From Eledone cirrhosa (Eukaryota): a DNA stretch of 64,000 bases. The stretch spans positions 71,176,001-71,240,000 of the forward strand of contig OZ024747.1 of NCBI GenBank assembly GCA_964016885.1, given 5' to 3'. Under the pieces are notes generated by a model, which saw only the letters and a program-made list of their open reading frames with translations, was not told where the DNA came from and ran no database searches. This document shows, one piece after another, positions 43,065 to 56,500 of this stretch. The position numbers and the translations under genes were made by a program. Numbering within the stretch: position 1 is the first letter of the stretch; each line of letters begins with the position of its first letter.

Positions 43065-43437
43065 TTTAAGCACAAGGCCAACAATTTGGGTGAGGGGAAA
43101 GTCGATTAAATCGATCCCAGTGCGTGACTGGTACTTTATTTTATCGACCCCGTAAGGATGAAGGTCAAAGTTAACCTCGGCAGGATTTGAACTCAGAACA
43201 TAAAGCGCTGTAACACTATGCTGCTAATCCACCACCCTAATATATAATAATTGTTTCTACTTTTGGTACAAGGCCAGCAATTATTCCAGTGTATTACTGG
43301 TACTTTATTTTACCGACCCCATAAGGATGAAAGGCAAAGTTAACCTCGGCGGGATTTGAACTCAGATCATAAAGGGCCGTAACCCTTTGCTGCAAAGCAT
43401 GGCGTCCGACTCTCTACCGATACTGCCAATCCGCCCT
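43065..43437 (-). mobile_element. Two tandem SINEs (43065-43238 and 43250-43437)
   Basis: Two consecutive reverse-complement SINE bodies, each preceded on the minus strand by ATTATTATATATTAGG. Confidence 0.88.
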
Positions 43438-44853
43438 AATATATAATAATAATAATGATAATATATATATATATATCAAATGTGATTAGGGACTGAACTT
43501 AGTCCGTCACTTTTGCAAGAATTCTGTATTGAAAAGTTGTAAATTTCCACTCTAATATTTAATTGTAATATATCCAGTGAATTATTCCACATATTTTCAT
43601 TATGAAGAGACCCGACATTTATCCCTCTCAGAGATAATCATTTTAGGTTTTTCCAAACATTTTATCGCTATATTTGCAAATGTCCTTTTGGAAACCATTT
43701 CTCTAGTTGGTGAGATTCCATATTATTGCTATTATTCTTGTTTCTTTCGCCATTGTCATTGTCGCTATTGTCAGTGAAAATATCACTGAGATAAAACATA
43801 CTTCTTCATTATGATCTCCTCACTTGGAAGGCATGTTTAAATGAAGAGGATGCAGTGTGTCAGTGCTCATTGTCTTTAGAGACTCCTTCACTGCGTCCTG
43901 CTGGCAACTTTACTTAAGCAAACTGATCGCTTACTGCATATTGTGAATAATATGACATGATTGATTGTTAGATTATATTTAAGAGAGAAAAAGTCGTTAG
44001 AGTGGGAGTGAAGCAAACTGAAATTGACCCTACTTGTTTTTACAGTAAAGATACAACCTGCTATCCGGGTTATTCATAGTAAACACATAGGACCATCATG
44101 TGATATGCAGTCTTATTATTGTGTATTTAATACAGCTCCAACAAAAATGGAGATATAGAGAGAAAAGATCAAAATTAACACATACATCACACTGGCTATG
44201 TTACATGAACAGGAAGTTAAATTTCCTAAGAGGAAGTAGGAGTTCATTCTGAATTCTTTCTTTCAATCAAGGATTACATTTTCTTATCTTTGTTTTCATG
44301 AATAAAATAACCAGGGAAGCAAAGTTTACTTCGCTCATGATTCATCTTGTATATGGCCGAGGAGTTAAGAGAAAATTAGAAACTCTCACCGGTTGACTGA
44401 AAATTATTCTAAAACATGCTTTTCAACATGCTTCATTGTAACAAATTACTTTTGTAAGCAGCAAGTGTTTGACCAGTTTCTGTTTGCAGGTGATCATGCA
44501 TGCTCTTTTGTATGGTCCTGCATCAATAATATGCAGTATATAAACATATTTTTCTGAATAGATTATGTAGTTTAAAACCAGAAAGATAAATTCTATAAAG
44601 AGATATCTATTAAAAATTGAAATGCCATCAATATTTCTACGTGCCCAACGTATTTGTATATAGAAAGAATACATTTTCGTACATAAATATCATATGTGCA
44701 CATGTAGACGCCGGCTCACGAATTCAAACGTATATAAATAAATAGGTTTAGCGTCAAAACTGTATGTGTACTCAGAAACACATGCGAAAACACAATCATT
44801 CTACCTGACACTCTTTCCCTCCCATCTTCTTTCTCGATTCCTCACACACACAC

Positions 44854-44925
<72 letters not shown>

Positions 44926-45752
44926 TTGTTCATGTTCCTTCGGTTAATGTTTTAATATCATTGTGTGATTAGAGTGCGAACAGGCTATCTTGAAGGTAAT
45001 GTATTTTACATTGATATCAACGTCTTATATATTCCCATAGTATATATAGAGATGGAAATAGCAATGGAAACTGCAGATAGTCGTGGTTCATACTTTGTGG
45101 CCACCCTACCCCCACCTCACCCCAATAATTATATTTCTTTTACCAAACTATCGAAATACACATCTATTTGTATATGCCTTACAATTTATGTACATGTTAT
45201 GTTTATCGCATATCGAAGTTTTTTTATACCTTGGGGTTGATATTTGATAATATATTATGTTAACCATCATAGTAAAGTTTTTTGTCATGCCATAACTTTT
45301 TCCCACATACCACTATTTGCCAATTGCTAAATGTTGTATTCAGAGACAGATTTCATAGGTAACTTTATAATTATTGAAACCTGTAAATGTAATATGACCT
45401 GTTTAGATTCAAATTGCATTTTCAGACTATATTAGAGTGCATAGAGGTAAACTAATCACTACAACTAAATTGACAAAATTCTCCACCCCACCCAATTCAG
45501 AAATGCTTCCACTTATATATATTTTTTTTTATCGATCGTCTTTCGTCAAATCGGACCGAGGAAAAAATGAAAATTGCAAACTTGACTGTCACCACAGAAT
45601 ATGAACCCGAAGATTGCGAAAGCATGAAAGTACTTGTTCAATTAACACTTAACATTTAATATTCTACCATACTATTTCATTCTAATACCATTATACATTT
45701 TAAAGGATTGTAAATAAAACGAGTAAATCAGACAAAGTTGGAATTCCTTTTA

Positions 45753-46169
<417 letters not shown>

Positions 46170-46170
<1 letters not shown>

Positions 46171-46749
46171 TTGAGAGTAATTGATAGAGAGAGAGGGGCA
46201 TTGGGAGAGACATTATCGTGGTAGATATAATGAGGGAGAGAGTTTAATGTTAATTGATAAAGAGAGGGGGAATGGAAGAGAGTACGATGTAGTAGATATT
46301 TATAGAGAGTGTATAGTGGTAATTGATATAGAAAGGGTTATTAAAAGAGAGTGCTGTATGGTAAATATAGAGAGGGAGAGAGTTTGTTGGTAATGTATCT
46401 AGAGAGAAGGGGATAATGAGAGTGTTTTGTATGAGAGATTATGCATAGAGAGTGTTGTATGGTAGATATAGTGAGGGATATTGAGAGAGAGTTTTGAGAT
46501 AGGGGAGAGTTTACTGATGATTGATTTAGAGAAGGGATTGAGAGAGAGGTTTGTGTGGTAGATATAGAGAGGGGGATTGGGAGATATAAATGTAGATAAA
46601 TATAGAGAGGGGGGATAATTTGGGGGTAATGGATATAGAGAGGGGTATTGGAAGAGAGTGTTGTATATTAGATAGAGAGAGAAGGAGAGTTGACTGGTGA
46701 TCGATAGAGTGAGAACGATTCAGAGAGAGTGTCGTATGGTAGATATATA
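46170..46749 (+). repeat. Same purine-rich satellite, left flank of LINE
   Basis: Same GATATAGAGAGGG-based subunits as 6775-7480. Confidence 0.85.
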
Positions 46750-46988
46750 TTTCTATTTATTTGCCACCAGGGCATCAAAGATTGGGACAAATACAAAGGG
46801 GGGAGTTTACATACACTTAAAAAGACGTGTAAAAAACATATAACAAATTAAATTTAACAATCGATGTCCTCAATGGGGAGGGGCGTTGACATGGGTCGCA
46901 CACACCCCCGAAAAAATGTGCAACCCTCCTCTTCAGGAGCACAAAGAGCGGGTGCTTCCTTCCTTTTCTCATTATTCTCCTCTCTCAC

Positions 46989-49900
46989 CTACAGGCTGAT
47001 ATAGAGAGAAGGCCCATTCACTCGGGCCATTCTCGCTACTTTCACCCATCTTTCATAAAACTTGCTGGGCTAGAGCACCTCTCTCTCCATTCTGATCCTT
47101 CTTCTAAAGTGGTACTTGAAAAAAAAGACCAGTTGTTGGCGGGAGAGAAAGGTGTCTGACCTCAGCCCTTTCAACCTTGTCCACCATACAACTTCTTTCG
47201 CCATGGCTATCACACAGAGGAAAACCGCCTCTCCTTCGTTTTTGAAAGGGGGAGGCGGTTTGATCGTGACAATGTTCTCGGTGGTCAACCGGATTGGTCC
47301 CACCCGTGACAGTAGTCGTTCTACATAGCCCCACAGGTCAGCAACGCCCGGGCAGTGTACGAATGCGTGTGCGACGGTTTCCTCGTCACGCACGCATCTT
47401 GGACAGATCTTCTTCGAGGGGTCCCTACCCGGGCGCCCGTGTCTTTAGAGCTTGTCCCGAACGGGTAGAGCTCCTCGGTACCATTGCCAAGCCAGGGACT
47501 TTTGGAAGTTGTCCATCGGTCCCAGGCCAAACGTCCTACCGAACAGGTTTGCCAGTTCGTCTTCCTCCATGACCAGAGCCTCTCCGAGAGCGTCGTCGCA
47601 CTTACTGCGCACCAACCCTCTATAGAATGTTGAGGTTGAGTCTCCACTGATTGCCGGATCCGCTTGCCAGAGGGCCGTGAGCGCCTGGGCACATTCAATT
47701 TGCCAGTTGCCCACTTTTCTCGGTCTTTGCTTGACCCAGGATTGCAGCTCGGTGAGTGAGACGAGTCTCTGAAAGGCTCGCCTCACAAACAGGGCCCAAT
47801 CCGGCTGACCGGTGAGGAATACCTGGAGGTGCCGTAGCCTTAATGCGTGTCTACGCATCGTCAGCCACGGCATCCCCAGCCCTCCGTTCGAAGGGTGTTG
47901 ACAGCAGATGGATCTTCTCACCAAAGGAGCCCGCTTCTTCCAAAGAAATCGGAAGAGCGCGCGCTCCAGTTTGGCGAGTGTTTTCTCTGGGCAAGGGACG
48001 ACGGTAAAGCGGTAGTAGATGACGGACGCTATATAAGCGTTCGCCACCTCCGCTCGACCTTTCAGGGATAGTTTGCACTCGGCCCACTTCTGGGCGAGTG
48101 CAAACACCTTGCCCGTTACCTCGTCCCAGTTTTTCTCCACCTGGAGGTCCGGTCCGAACCAGACCCCGAGCAGCTTCACCGGTCCCTCCGTCCAGCGTCC
48201 GACGATGCCGTCGGAGCGCATCGTTTTGCCCTTCCACGTCCCGAGTTGCAAACCGACGGACTTGTCCCGGTTCAGCTTGGCTCCTGTGAACCTTTCATAT
48301 TCCTCCAGTAAGGTGCGGATCTGCCCGATTTCCGAGGCGCACGACACCATTACTGTCACGTCATCGGCGTAGGCCGACACCCCTTTCCGCAATCCCGGTT
48401 CTAAGGGGATGCCCTGCAACAGCTCCAGCTTCCGCAGTAGTGGCTCGAGAGCCAGCACATACAGGAGGGAGGAGAGAGGGCATCCCTGTCGAATGGATCG
48501 CGTGATTTGGAACGGCTCCGAGAGGTAGCCGTTCACCTTGACCCTCGAGCAGGTGTTGCTGCTGTGCATTGCAGCAATCCAGCCCCTGAAAACGGGTCCG
48601 GAGCCTGCCGTCACGAGCACCGCATCCAGGTACCGATGGTGAACCCTATCGAACGCCTTAGATTGATCCAAGTTGATCAGGGTCCCACCAAAGCCGGGTT
48701 CGTTCCCTACCCTCTCTACGATGTATCGCATGAGGTGGAGGTTGTCGTGTATGGACCTGGACGGGATTGCGCATGTCTGCGCATCTCCCACCTGGTTCCC
48801 GACGACAAGCGCCAACCTCTTCGCTAACACCTTGGCCAAAATCTTTAACTCTGTGTTTAGCAGAGTTATGGGCCTGACGTTATCTATGTCATCCCCCTTG
48901 TTCTCGTCCTTCCTCACCAGCGTGACTACGACCTTGGTCACAGAACTGGGAATTCTCCCGTTCTGTTGCCAGTTGCAGTAGACCGCCTCGAGGAAACCGG
49001 AGAACAAGCCCGGCATCGCTACATAAAGTTCGTATAGTAGACCATCGAGACCTGGAGATTTGCGTTTGCCGCATTGGCTCAGCGCTTCCCCTATTTCAGC
49101 GGCTGAAATCGGCCTCTCGTAGGACTTCGCCTCCCCGTCCGAGAGCCGCGCCAGACCGTCGAGGTATCGACCGAAATCCATGGCCCCACCCGGCCTGCCG
49201 CCTCTCCCGAACAGTCGTGCAAAGCGCCGTTGAAAGGCCGCGCTCATCCGCTCAGGTTCAAGGATCACGCGTCCATCCTGGTCCTTCAAAGACCGAATCG
49301 TGGACTTGTTTCCACTGTTTGCCTCTGTCACTCGGGCACAGCTAACAGCTTTGGCTCCCTCGTTACCCAGAGCACGTATTTTACTCCTGACAACGAAGCC
49401 CTCGTGCTTCGCATCAAAGAACTGGTCTAGGGCCGTTCTTGACGCCAGCACGCCGGCCACGTTGCCATTTCTAATCGCCTCTTCTACTCTATTTGTTAAT
49501 TCCCCTTCAGTTCTATTCCTATCTGATGCTAATTCCCGACTAAAACCTATCGATTCTATTCTAATTTCTCTCTTGAGAGAGCCCCACCACCTGTTGACAA
49601 TTGCCCCGTCAAACGCTGCTTAACTAGTGTGCTAATCCGCTTACTGTAAGCATTGTTTGTCGGTAAAGACAAGTTTAGCTTCCAGTAACCGGGTCCCTGT
49701 CTATGAGTTCTATCAAGGTTGACCACTCCGGTCACCAACTTGTGATCCGAATAGTCAACCATGAACATTCGTGGACAGCTTAATATGTCCCTATCCTTAT
49801 TTCTAACTAGGAACCTATCTAGGTACGACCTAGATGTTCCGCTGCAATTACTCCACGTCCACCGTGGCAAAGTCGGAAAATCTAGTCGATATCTATCGGC

Positions 49901-50424
49901 CAGATCAAATCGGCCGATTAATCGTTTGAGGCTGTTACACACCCCTCTATCGGGACATGCCCCTACATAGTCCCAACGTGCATCCAGGATACCATTCCAG
50001 TCCCTCACTAAAAAGCAAGGAGCGAGACGTTCCCAGGAAATTCTCCAGGCGTCGGAAGAAGTCCGGTCGCGGTGTCCCAGGTGGGGCATACGCTGCCACC
50101 AGCCTGAAAGCTCCACCTTCACCACTGCCGACGTCTAGAACCACCAGTCGACCCTCCGCGTCCAGGTGTACCTTCTGTGTGGCAAGACCCAGGTATTTTC
50201 GCAGCAGAACGACAACCCCACCCCCCACCTCTCGGCTGACAGAGAGATACGTAGATCTCAAAGTCGTCGAAGATGGGGGCCAGTTGGCGCTCGCTGCTGA
50301 TCCTGGACTCGCAAATAACTATTACATCCAGTCTGTGCGACCTGGGGTCATTTAAGAGTTTGCCCTGTTTCCAGGACATCCCCAAGCCGCGTGCATTCAC
50401 ACATCCAACTCTTATATTGGCCAT
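46989..50424 (-). pseudogene. LINE ORF2: AP-type endonuclease, reverse transcriptase and C-terminal zinc-binding motif; several frameshifts/stops
   Basis: APE motifs: MANIRVGCVNARGL, ICESRI, DWNGIL, SYLDRFLV, SDHKLV. RT motifs in the 671-aa ORF 47445-49460: KSPGLDGL, RPITLLNTELKILAK, LDQSKAFDRV, RQGCPLS, YADD, LLGV. C-terminal EETVAHAFVHC. Confidence 0.93.
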
Positions 50425-50945
50425 GTTGGTGCTGAAGAGTTAAAAAGGAAGAGGAAAGGAAATTACTTACCTCTTCGTCTCCTGGGGACCAGGCTGCACA
50501 ATTTCCATGGGGGTGTTGGAAGGGTTGTTTGGTGGGGTGGTGGTTTGTGGTGGGGTGAGGACATCAGTATGTGGTGGGATTAGAGTGTTTGGTGGGGTGT
50601 GGGTGTCTGGTGTGGGGGTGGGGAAACATCTCAATAGGACGCTGTTATGTGGTTTGGTGCAGTTGGTCCCCACATGCATTGGATGGTTCTTTTTCAAAGT
50701 TACATAGGTTTCCATTGGGACCCTAATCATCATTAGGTGCGGTTTGTTCGCTGCGTAGGTGAAAGTGATCCCTTCGGTTTACACCGAAGGGTTATTTTCT
50801 ATCGCTTTCATCGACGTTTTATTGTTCTTGTTAATGTATGTATAGAGTTTTTGTTGTGTTGTGTTTGTTTTTGTTTGTTGTTCTTGTGCGTGTTTGCGTT
50901 TTGTACGTGTTATGTTTTGGGGAGGGGTGCGTTTTTTTTTCCTTT

Positions 50946-52184
50946 TCACCTGTTGAAAGGGTTCTCCCTCGTCGTCACTGGGTGACGTTGATACAAAGTC
51001 CTCTTCCGTGTTGTTGGGGAGGGGTATATTTTGGGGTTTTGTTGTGGTTGCTTTTGTATTTGTTTTAGGTGGGGAGGGGTTGGGTGGACAGTGTTTTGTG
51101 TTGTTATTTTTCCGTGTTGTTGTGGTTGTTGTTGTGGTGTTGGCGGTGGTGGTGGTGGTGGTTGTGTTGTTGTGTTCGGGGTTGGCAGAAGAGCCATTTT
51201 TTTACTCGTTAATTGAGGACAGGCAGCCCTCAGGTGACCCCTTTATTAAGCAGTAGTAACATGACGGCCGCCTTCCCTCCACTGAAATGTTTATATAAGT
51301 TAGCCCGTCCAGAGGCATGCGTTGTGGGATATTCGCTATTCGTTCTGGGCTCATTTGCACCAGAACTTCTACGGTGGTCCCACCAAATACACCTCCGGAG
51401 GACTTTCCTATTGACATTATCTTGTCTTCGTCAAAGTTTATTATTCCACATAGTATCCACCAAATATTTACATTTGGTGTGATACTCATTATTTTTATTC
51501 TTTGTGTCCTTTTTCCCCTGTATGTGGAGAAAAAGGTGAAGCGGGGGGACACAATGGGTGCTATCGAGTACTTTTGAGCTGTTGACTGGTTGTTCATTAG
51601 CACCGAAATGCTACCAAACAGTTTACCTTTTTGTATGAGGGTTAAGTCCTTCATTGCATCTTTTAGAACCAATCAATTTCATTTTGTGATAATTGAGCTG
51701 GTTTTCTTGTTTCGTTCGATATTGTCCTGAAAACCACAGTTTTCAGGACAGCCTCTCTACGTAATTCCTGTGGAGAATTGATGCTAAAAGCACCGTTTTC
51801 GCCAAAAGTCACGAATTGTTTTGCGTCTTGTAACAGTTGTTTAGCATTTGTTATGTCTATTGGCGTGTATAGTTCGTTTTTTTTTACAGTCTGTGCGAAT
51901 GTTGTTTTGGTGTTGTTGTCTTTTTTGTTGCTGTCACTGTTGGTAATATTGTTTATGTTTTCCTTGGTGTTGCTATTGTTGCAGCTGTTGGTTGTGGTGT
52001 TATTGTCATTGTTCTTGTTGTTGGTGCTGGTATTATTTACCGGGTTTGGTTTCGTGGTTTCAATATTTTCAACGTTTTTCGATAATGCGAGGGGGGAAGG
52101 CTGCAAGCTTTGTACCTTCCCTCCACCACTTTTCTTAGTGAACGTGGCACACACGACAGTGTGCGAGGTTGAAATGGCATCCAT
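50946..52184 (-). pseudogene. LINE ORF1 (nucleic-acid-binding, gag-like zinc knuckle), split by stop/frameshifts
   Basis: Consecutive ORFs 51663-52184, 51202-51672 and 50946-51197. Removing one G from the run at ~51238 restores CYYCLIKGHLRAAC (CX2CX4HX4C), which is followed by a P/Q/T-rich low-complexity tail. Confidence 0.75.
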
Positions 52185-52384
52185 TGCTGACTACCAAGTC
52201 TACACAGTTTTAAGATGAAAATGAAAATTTCGCCCCAGAAAGGGGCGAAAATTAGTTGACTCAACGTCTGACGGCCCAGGCAAGGGGTTAAACTAAACAA
52301 TGCTATTAAATTGAGCAATGAACTCACAGTTTTTTTGACAATAATCCGTAAAAGTCCGGAGCGAAGTAATTCACGTCTATATCA

Positions 52385-53540
52385 AGTGATAATTGATATA
52401 GACAGGGATATTGGAAGAAACTTCTGTGCAGTAGATATAGAGAGGGAGAGAGTTTGGTGGTAAATGATATAGAGAGGGGTATTGGAAGAGAGTTCTGTGT
52501 AGTAGATATAGAGAGGGAGAGAGTTTGGTGTTAATCGATATAGAGAGGGGGAGAGTTTTTTTAGTAATGGATAGAGTGAGAGGTAATGAAAGAGAGTGTT
52601 GTATGATAGATAAAGAGATGGTGAGATGTCGGTGCTAATTGTTATAGTGAGGTGGGGTGTGAAGAGGGTTCCGTGTAGTAGATATAGAGAGGGGTACAAT
52701 TTTGTGCTAGTTGATATAGAGAGGGGGATTGGGAGAGAGTGTTGTATGGTTGATGTAAAGAAGAAGAGAGTTTTGTGTTAATGAATAGAGTGAGTGGATT
52801 GATAGATATAGGTATTGGTAGTTATTGAGAGATGGGGGTGTAGTGACAGATTGAATGAAAGGGAAGGCGGATGTTGTATGGTAGATATAGAGAGGGGCAT
52901 AGTTTGGTAGTAATTGATATATAGAGGGGGATTGCAAGGGAGTGTCGTGTAGTAGATATAGAGAGGGAGTATATTTCAATGCTTGTAGATATAATGAGCA
53001 AGTTGGGAGAGATAAATATTGCTAGATATAGAGAGGGTGACTTGGAGAGGCAGTGTCGTAAAAGATATCCAGGTGGGAGTCCGTATTGGATACAGAGATA
53101 ACGATTACGAGAGTGCTGTCTAATAGATATAGAGAGGGGAAGAGTGTAGTCCTGATTGATAAAGAGAGGGGATGTGTTTGCGGGTGATGGTTAGAGTGAG
53201 TGTGGTAATGAGAGATTACTGTGTGATATAGATGGTGAAGGGGAGAGTTTCAGGATGATTGATATAAAGAGAGCGATTGGGAGAGTTTTTTGTATGTTAG
53301 ATATAGAGAGGGGGAGAGTTTAGGTGTGCTTGGTATAGAGAAGCAGATTGGGAGTGATAAGTGTATATATTTTTAGAGAGGGGGAGAGTATGTTAGTGTT
53401 AGATATAGAGAGGGGTATAAGAGAGGCGGTGTCGTGCTAGATATAGAGAAGGGGAAAGGTTGGTGGTAGTAGATATAGAGAGGGGTATTAAAATAGAGTT
53501 TTATGTGATAGACATAGAGAGGAAGAGAGTTTGGTAGTAC
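52385..53540 (+). repeat. Same purine-rich satellite, right flank of LINE
   Basis: Same subunits, resuming immediately after the LINE 5' end. Confidence 0.85.
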
Positions 53541-56500
53541 TCTCGGGTCCCAAATAATATGAGTTGTTGGAATAAGTTGGTTTGGACATTTGCTTAAATT
53601 CTGATAAGCGGGGTAGGGCAAACAGTAATGTAGTGTACGTTCGTAAATATGGCATTTCTAGTAATGTTCTTTTTTTGTTAAATATAATGGGTTTTTTTGT
53701 GTAAAATAAAATTATTATTAGATTCTCTAGCTGCTGTATTAATATGAATTGCTCACATCAATTCCCAATAATTATATTTTTCTCCCAAACTATCAAAACA
53801 CACATCTATTTGGATATGCGCAACAATTTATGTACATGTTATGTTTATCGCATATCGAAGTTTTCTGACCATTTTAGAGTACAAAGAACTAAACTAATCA
53901 CTACAACTAACTTGACCAGATTTTCACACACACACACACACATATCCATAAATACTTCCACCACCCCTGTATTTAAAGAGACAAAGTCTCACGAAATGAA
54001 ACCTGATATAACTACCTTTTCCAGAGATTATGACCGTTATTCATCAAATTATGACGTAAAGAAATAGCTATGTTAATTTTATAATTTGGTTATTGTATAT
54101 TGTCTTCGAAACTTTTCATCACATTCTTTTTATTCTATTGAGGTTGTAATCAACATCAATATATATTGGGGAAGAACAAATACTAAGACATTCCTCACGT
54201 TGTACCGGAGCACTTCAGGAATCTAAATTTAGTTCGTAGGAAGATAAAACAACGTTGATTATCATCCGAGTTGTTTTGTCTTTGCTTGTGATTAAACAAA
54301 TAAAGAGTCATTGGAAGAAACTGTCTCAAATTCCAACACTGTTAAGTATAAGATGGAAACCAAAAAGCTAATGTTTTTCAAACTGTCTAACCGTTTATCA
54401 GTCTAATAATCTAGCTTTCAACAATCAATAATTGTACGCAATAATTAACATAAAATGCAATCTTCAGCACCAATCAGCAAGAAGATAAAATCCTTTGATC
54501 ATAGAGAAAGATTTCCCTTCCGCTATATATAATCCGTTTGATAATTTTCAAACCGTGATTAATCAGATACCAAAATGTTAATGTATTTCTTTTTTACTCT
54601 CTTACATCAAACTAAGTCAAATCTTTATTTTGATACATATATATATGTTATAGTCAAATATATGGTGCCATAAAACCATTGCACATGATTTGAGGAATGT
54701 TTCAGAAAACAAGTTAACATTTTAGTTCCCGCTAACGAAACGATTATTGGAAGAATATTCGTTGCTATCCACCATAAACAGTTGCCAGCCATCAATGAAA
54801 TCTTGTAACATTATATATGTCATTTAACAAGAGTGTATTTTTATGGGATAAAATATTTGAATGTATCTAAAAGGAATTATATATTTCGTCCATAACATTT
54901 CTGATTGCGTCATTTATAGTATAACAGATGTCCGCTAAGGCTAACAACAATACCCTTTTAAAAGTATTTAACTTCGATACCCTTTTAAAAGTGTCTAACT
55001 TGAATACCTATATACTTATATACTGAGGGAGTAATGTTCTCGTTTTAATCAGTTTGTCTTCTTTTCCAAAATATATAGGCTTTTGAATCTAAAGCTTAGT
55101 AAGGGGATCAATTTCTAACCAAACAGTTCAGAAAAAGATTTATTTTAGAAAACTAGAATTAATAATGATAAAAATGGGCAATAGGGGGGGGGGGGCAGAA
55201 CGGTAAAATGTAATAAATGCATATAGTTACATCCCTGATTCCAAATGTCATATAACTCCCCTTTCGCTTTCATAGTAGAGAAAAAGAGAGATGAGTTCAT
55301 CAATATTGCTATCTTCCCTCATTAAAATATTCTACTTCTCATATATCCCTGCCCAAACTATTATTACTTTTTAATCTTTCTCATTTGACTAAACAAATCT
55401 CTTTATGGAGATATTAATTTCTCTGGAATAAAATGTTGTTTTTATAGATCACATACAGAAGAAAGTAAATCCGATTCTGAAGAAGTTTGAACTCAGATCT
55501 TCAGATGCAGAAACTACCGCAAAGCATTTAAAGCGTTGTAGATATTTTGCTATCAGATTTTCTTCTAATCCATATCATTTCCATCTATAGTCTCATATAA
55601 ATAATAATGTGTCTCTTACTTATGAACGGATTCTGAGTATCATTGTGTAGCGAACGAATGGGTGATATGTTTTCTATTAAATGATACGCAAATTTATCAC
55701 AGATATCATTCCCTGATTATCAGATACTTAACAAAAATATCAAAGTTATCTGAGACTGTAAAGTTGAGTTTTCTGTCCAGAAATATAATGCTTGTTATAC
55801 AGTGAATTTGAACTTACAAGTTAGTTTTCCGATAGTTTTATCTACTCAGCCATTCCGTCTCTAAATTTGGTTCCATTCATAATAGAGCTCAATTAATCTA
55901 AGAGCTTTTAAAACCTTTTAAAAAGCTGATTCGGCAGTTAAATACGAAAACTAGAAAATGTTTCACAAATATGCTATTTTTCTATTTAATGATTATTCGA
56001 AATTCTGTGAGATCTTTGCCAACAAAGCAAATCTGTCTATCGGAGCATTTCGTTTCTTTATCACAGTCATATATGCCATGAAAGAATTCGCCTATTTGAA
56101 TTAGGATTAATATAGTGTCGCTATGAAATTGTTTAAAGCTATGAGATTATTGTCTCTCATGGTTACTTAAGGAATTCCTTTTGCATGAACATTTTATGTG
56201 ATACTTCGAATGGCTTATTGCCCAAGGTGACGATAGATAACTGTAACTAGAAGAAAATGATAAGAAATATCTAAAGCCAATGCCACTATCATCTGAATTA
56301 ATTCTTTCGTTTCTGGCTGTAGAAAAGAAAAGTTGAAATATTCTAATCTTAATTTGTACAATTGAGAAAGAATGCATAACTTTCAACAGAAATATATAAT
56401 TTATTTCTTGGAATTTTCGAGTAATGATCCATTATAAAATTCCTTTTCTTCGTTCATAATGTTTTAATTTGTGTTTGTATTATTAGAGTGAGAACAGAGA

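Larger units (their letters stand above)
46750..52378 (-). mobile_element. Full-length but disrupted non-LTR retrotransposon, L1/Tx1 clade
   Basis: On the minus strand it starts AGACGTGAATTACTTCGCTCC, then ORF1, ORF2 (APE+RT+C-terminal Cys/His motif) and a 3' UTR ending AATAAA-TAGAAATATATAT. The same purine-rich satellite flanks it on both sides. Confidence 0.92.

Noticed and set aside
47116-52218. Plus-strand ORFs overlapping the LINE
   Set aside because: Antisense shadows of GC-rich or low-complexity coding sequence, with no recognisable motifs.
54100-54900. Possible ancient DNA-transposase remnant (similar impression at 9870-10500)
   Set aside because: Only faint motif echoes across many frameshifts.
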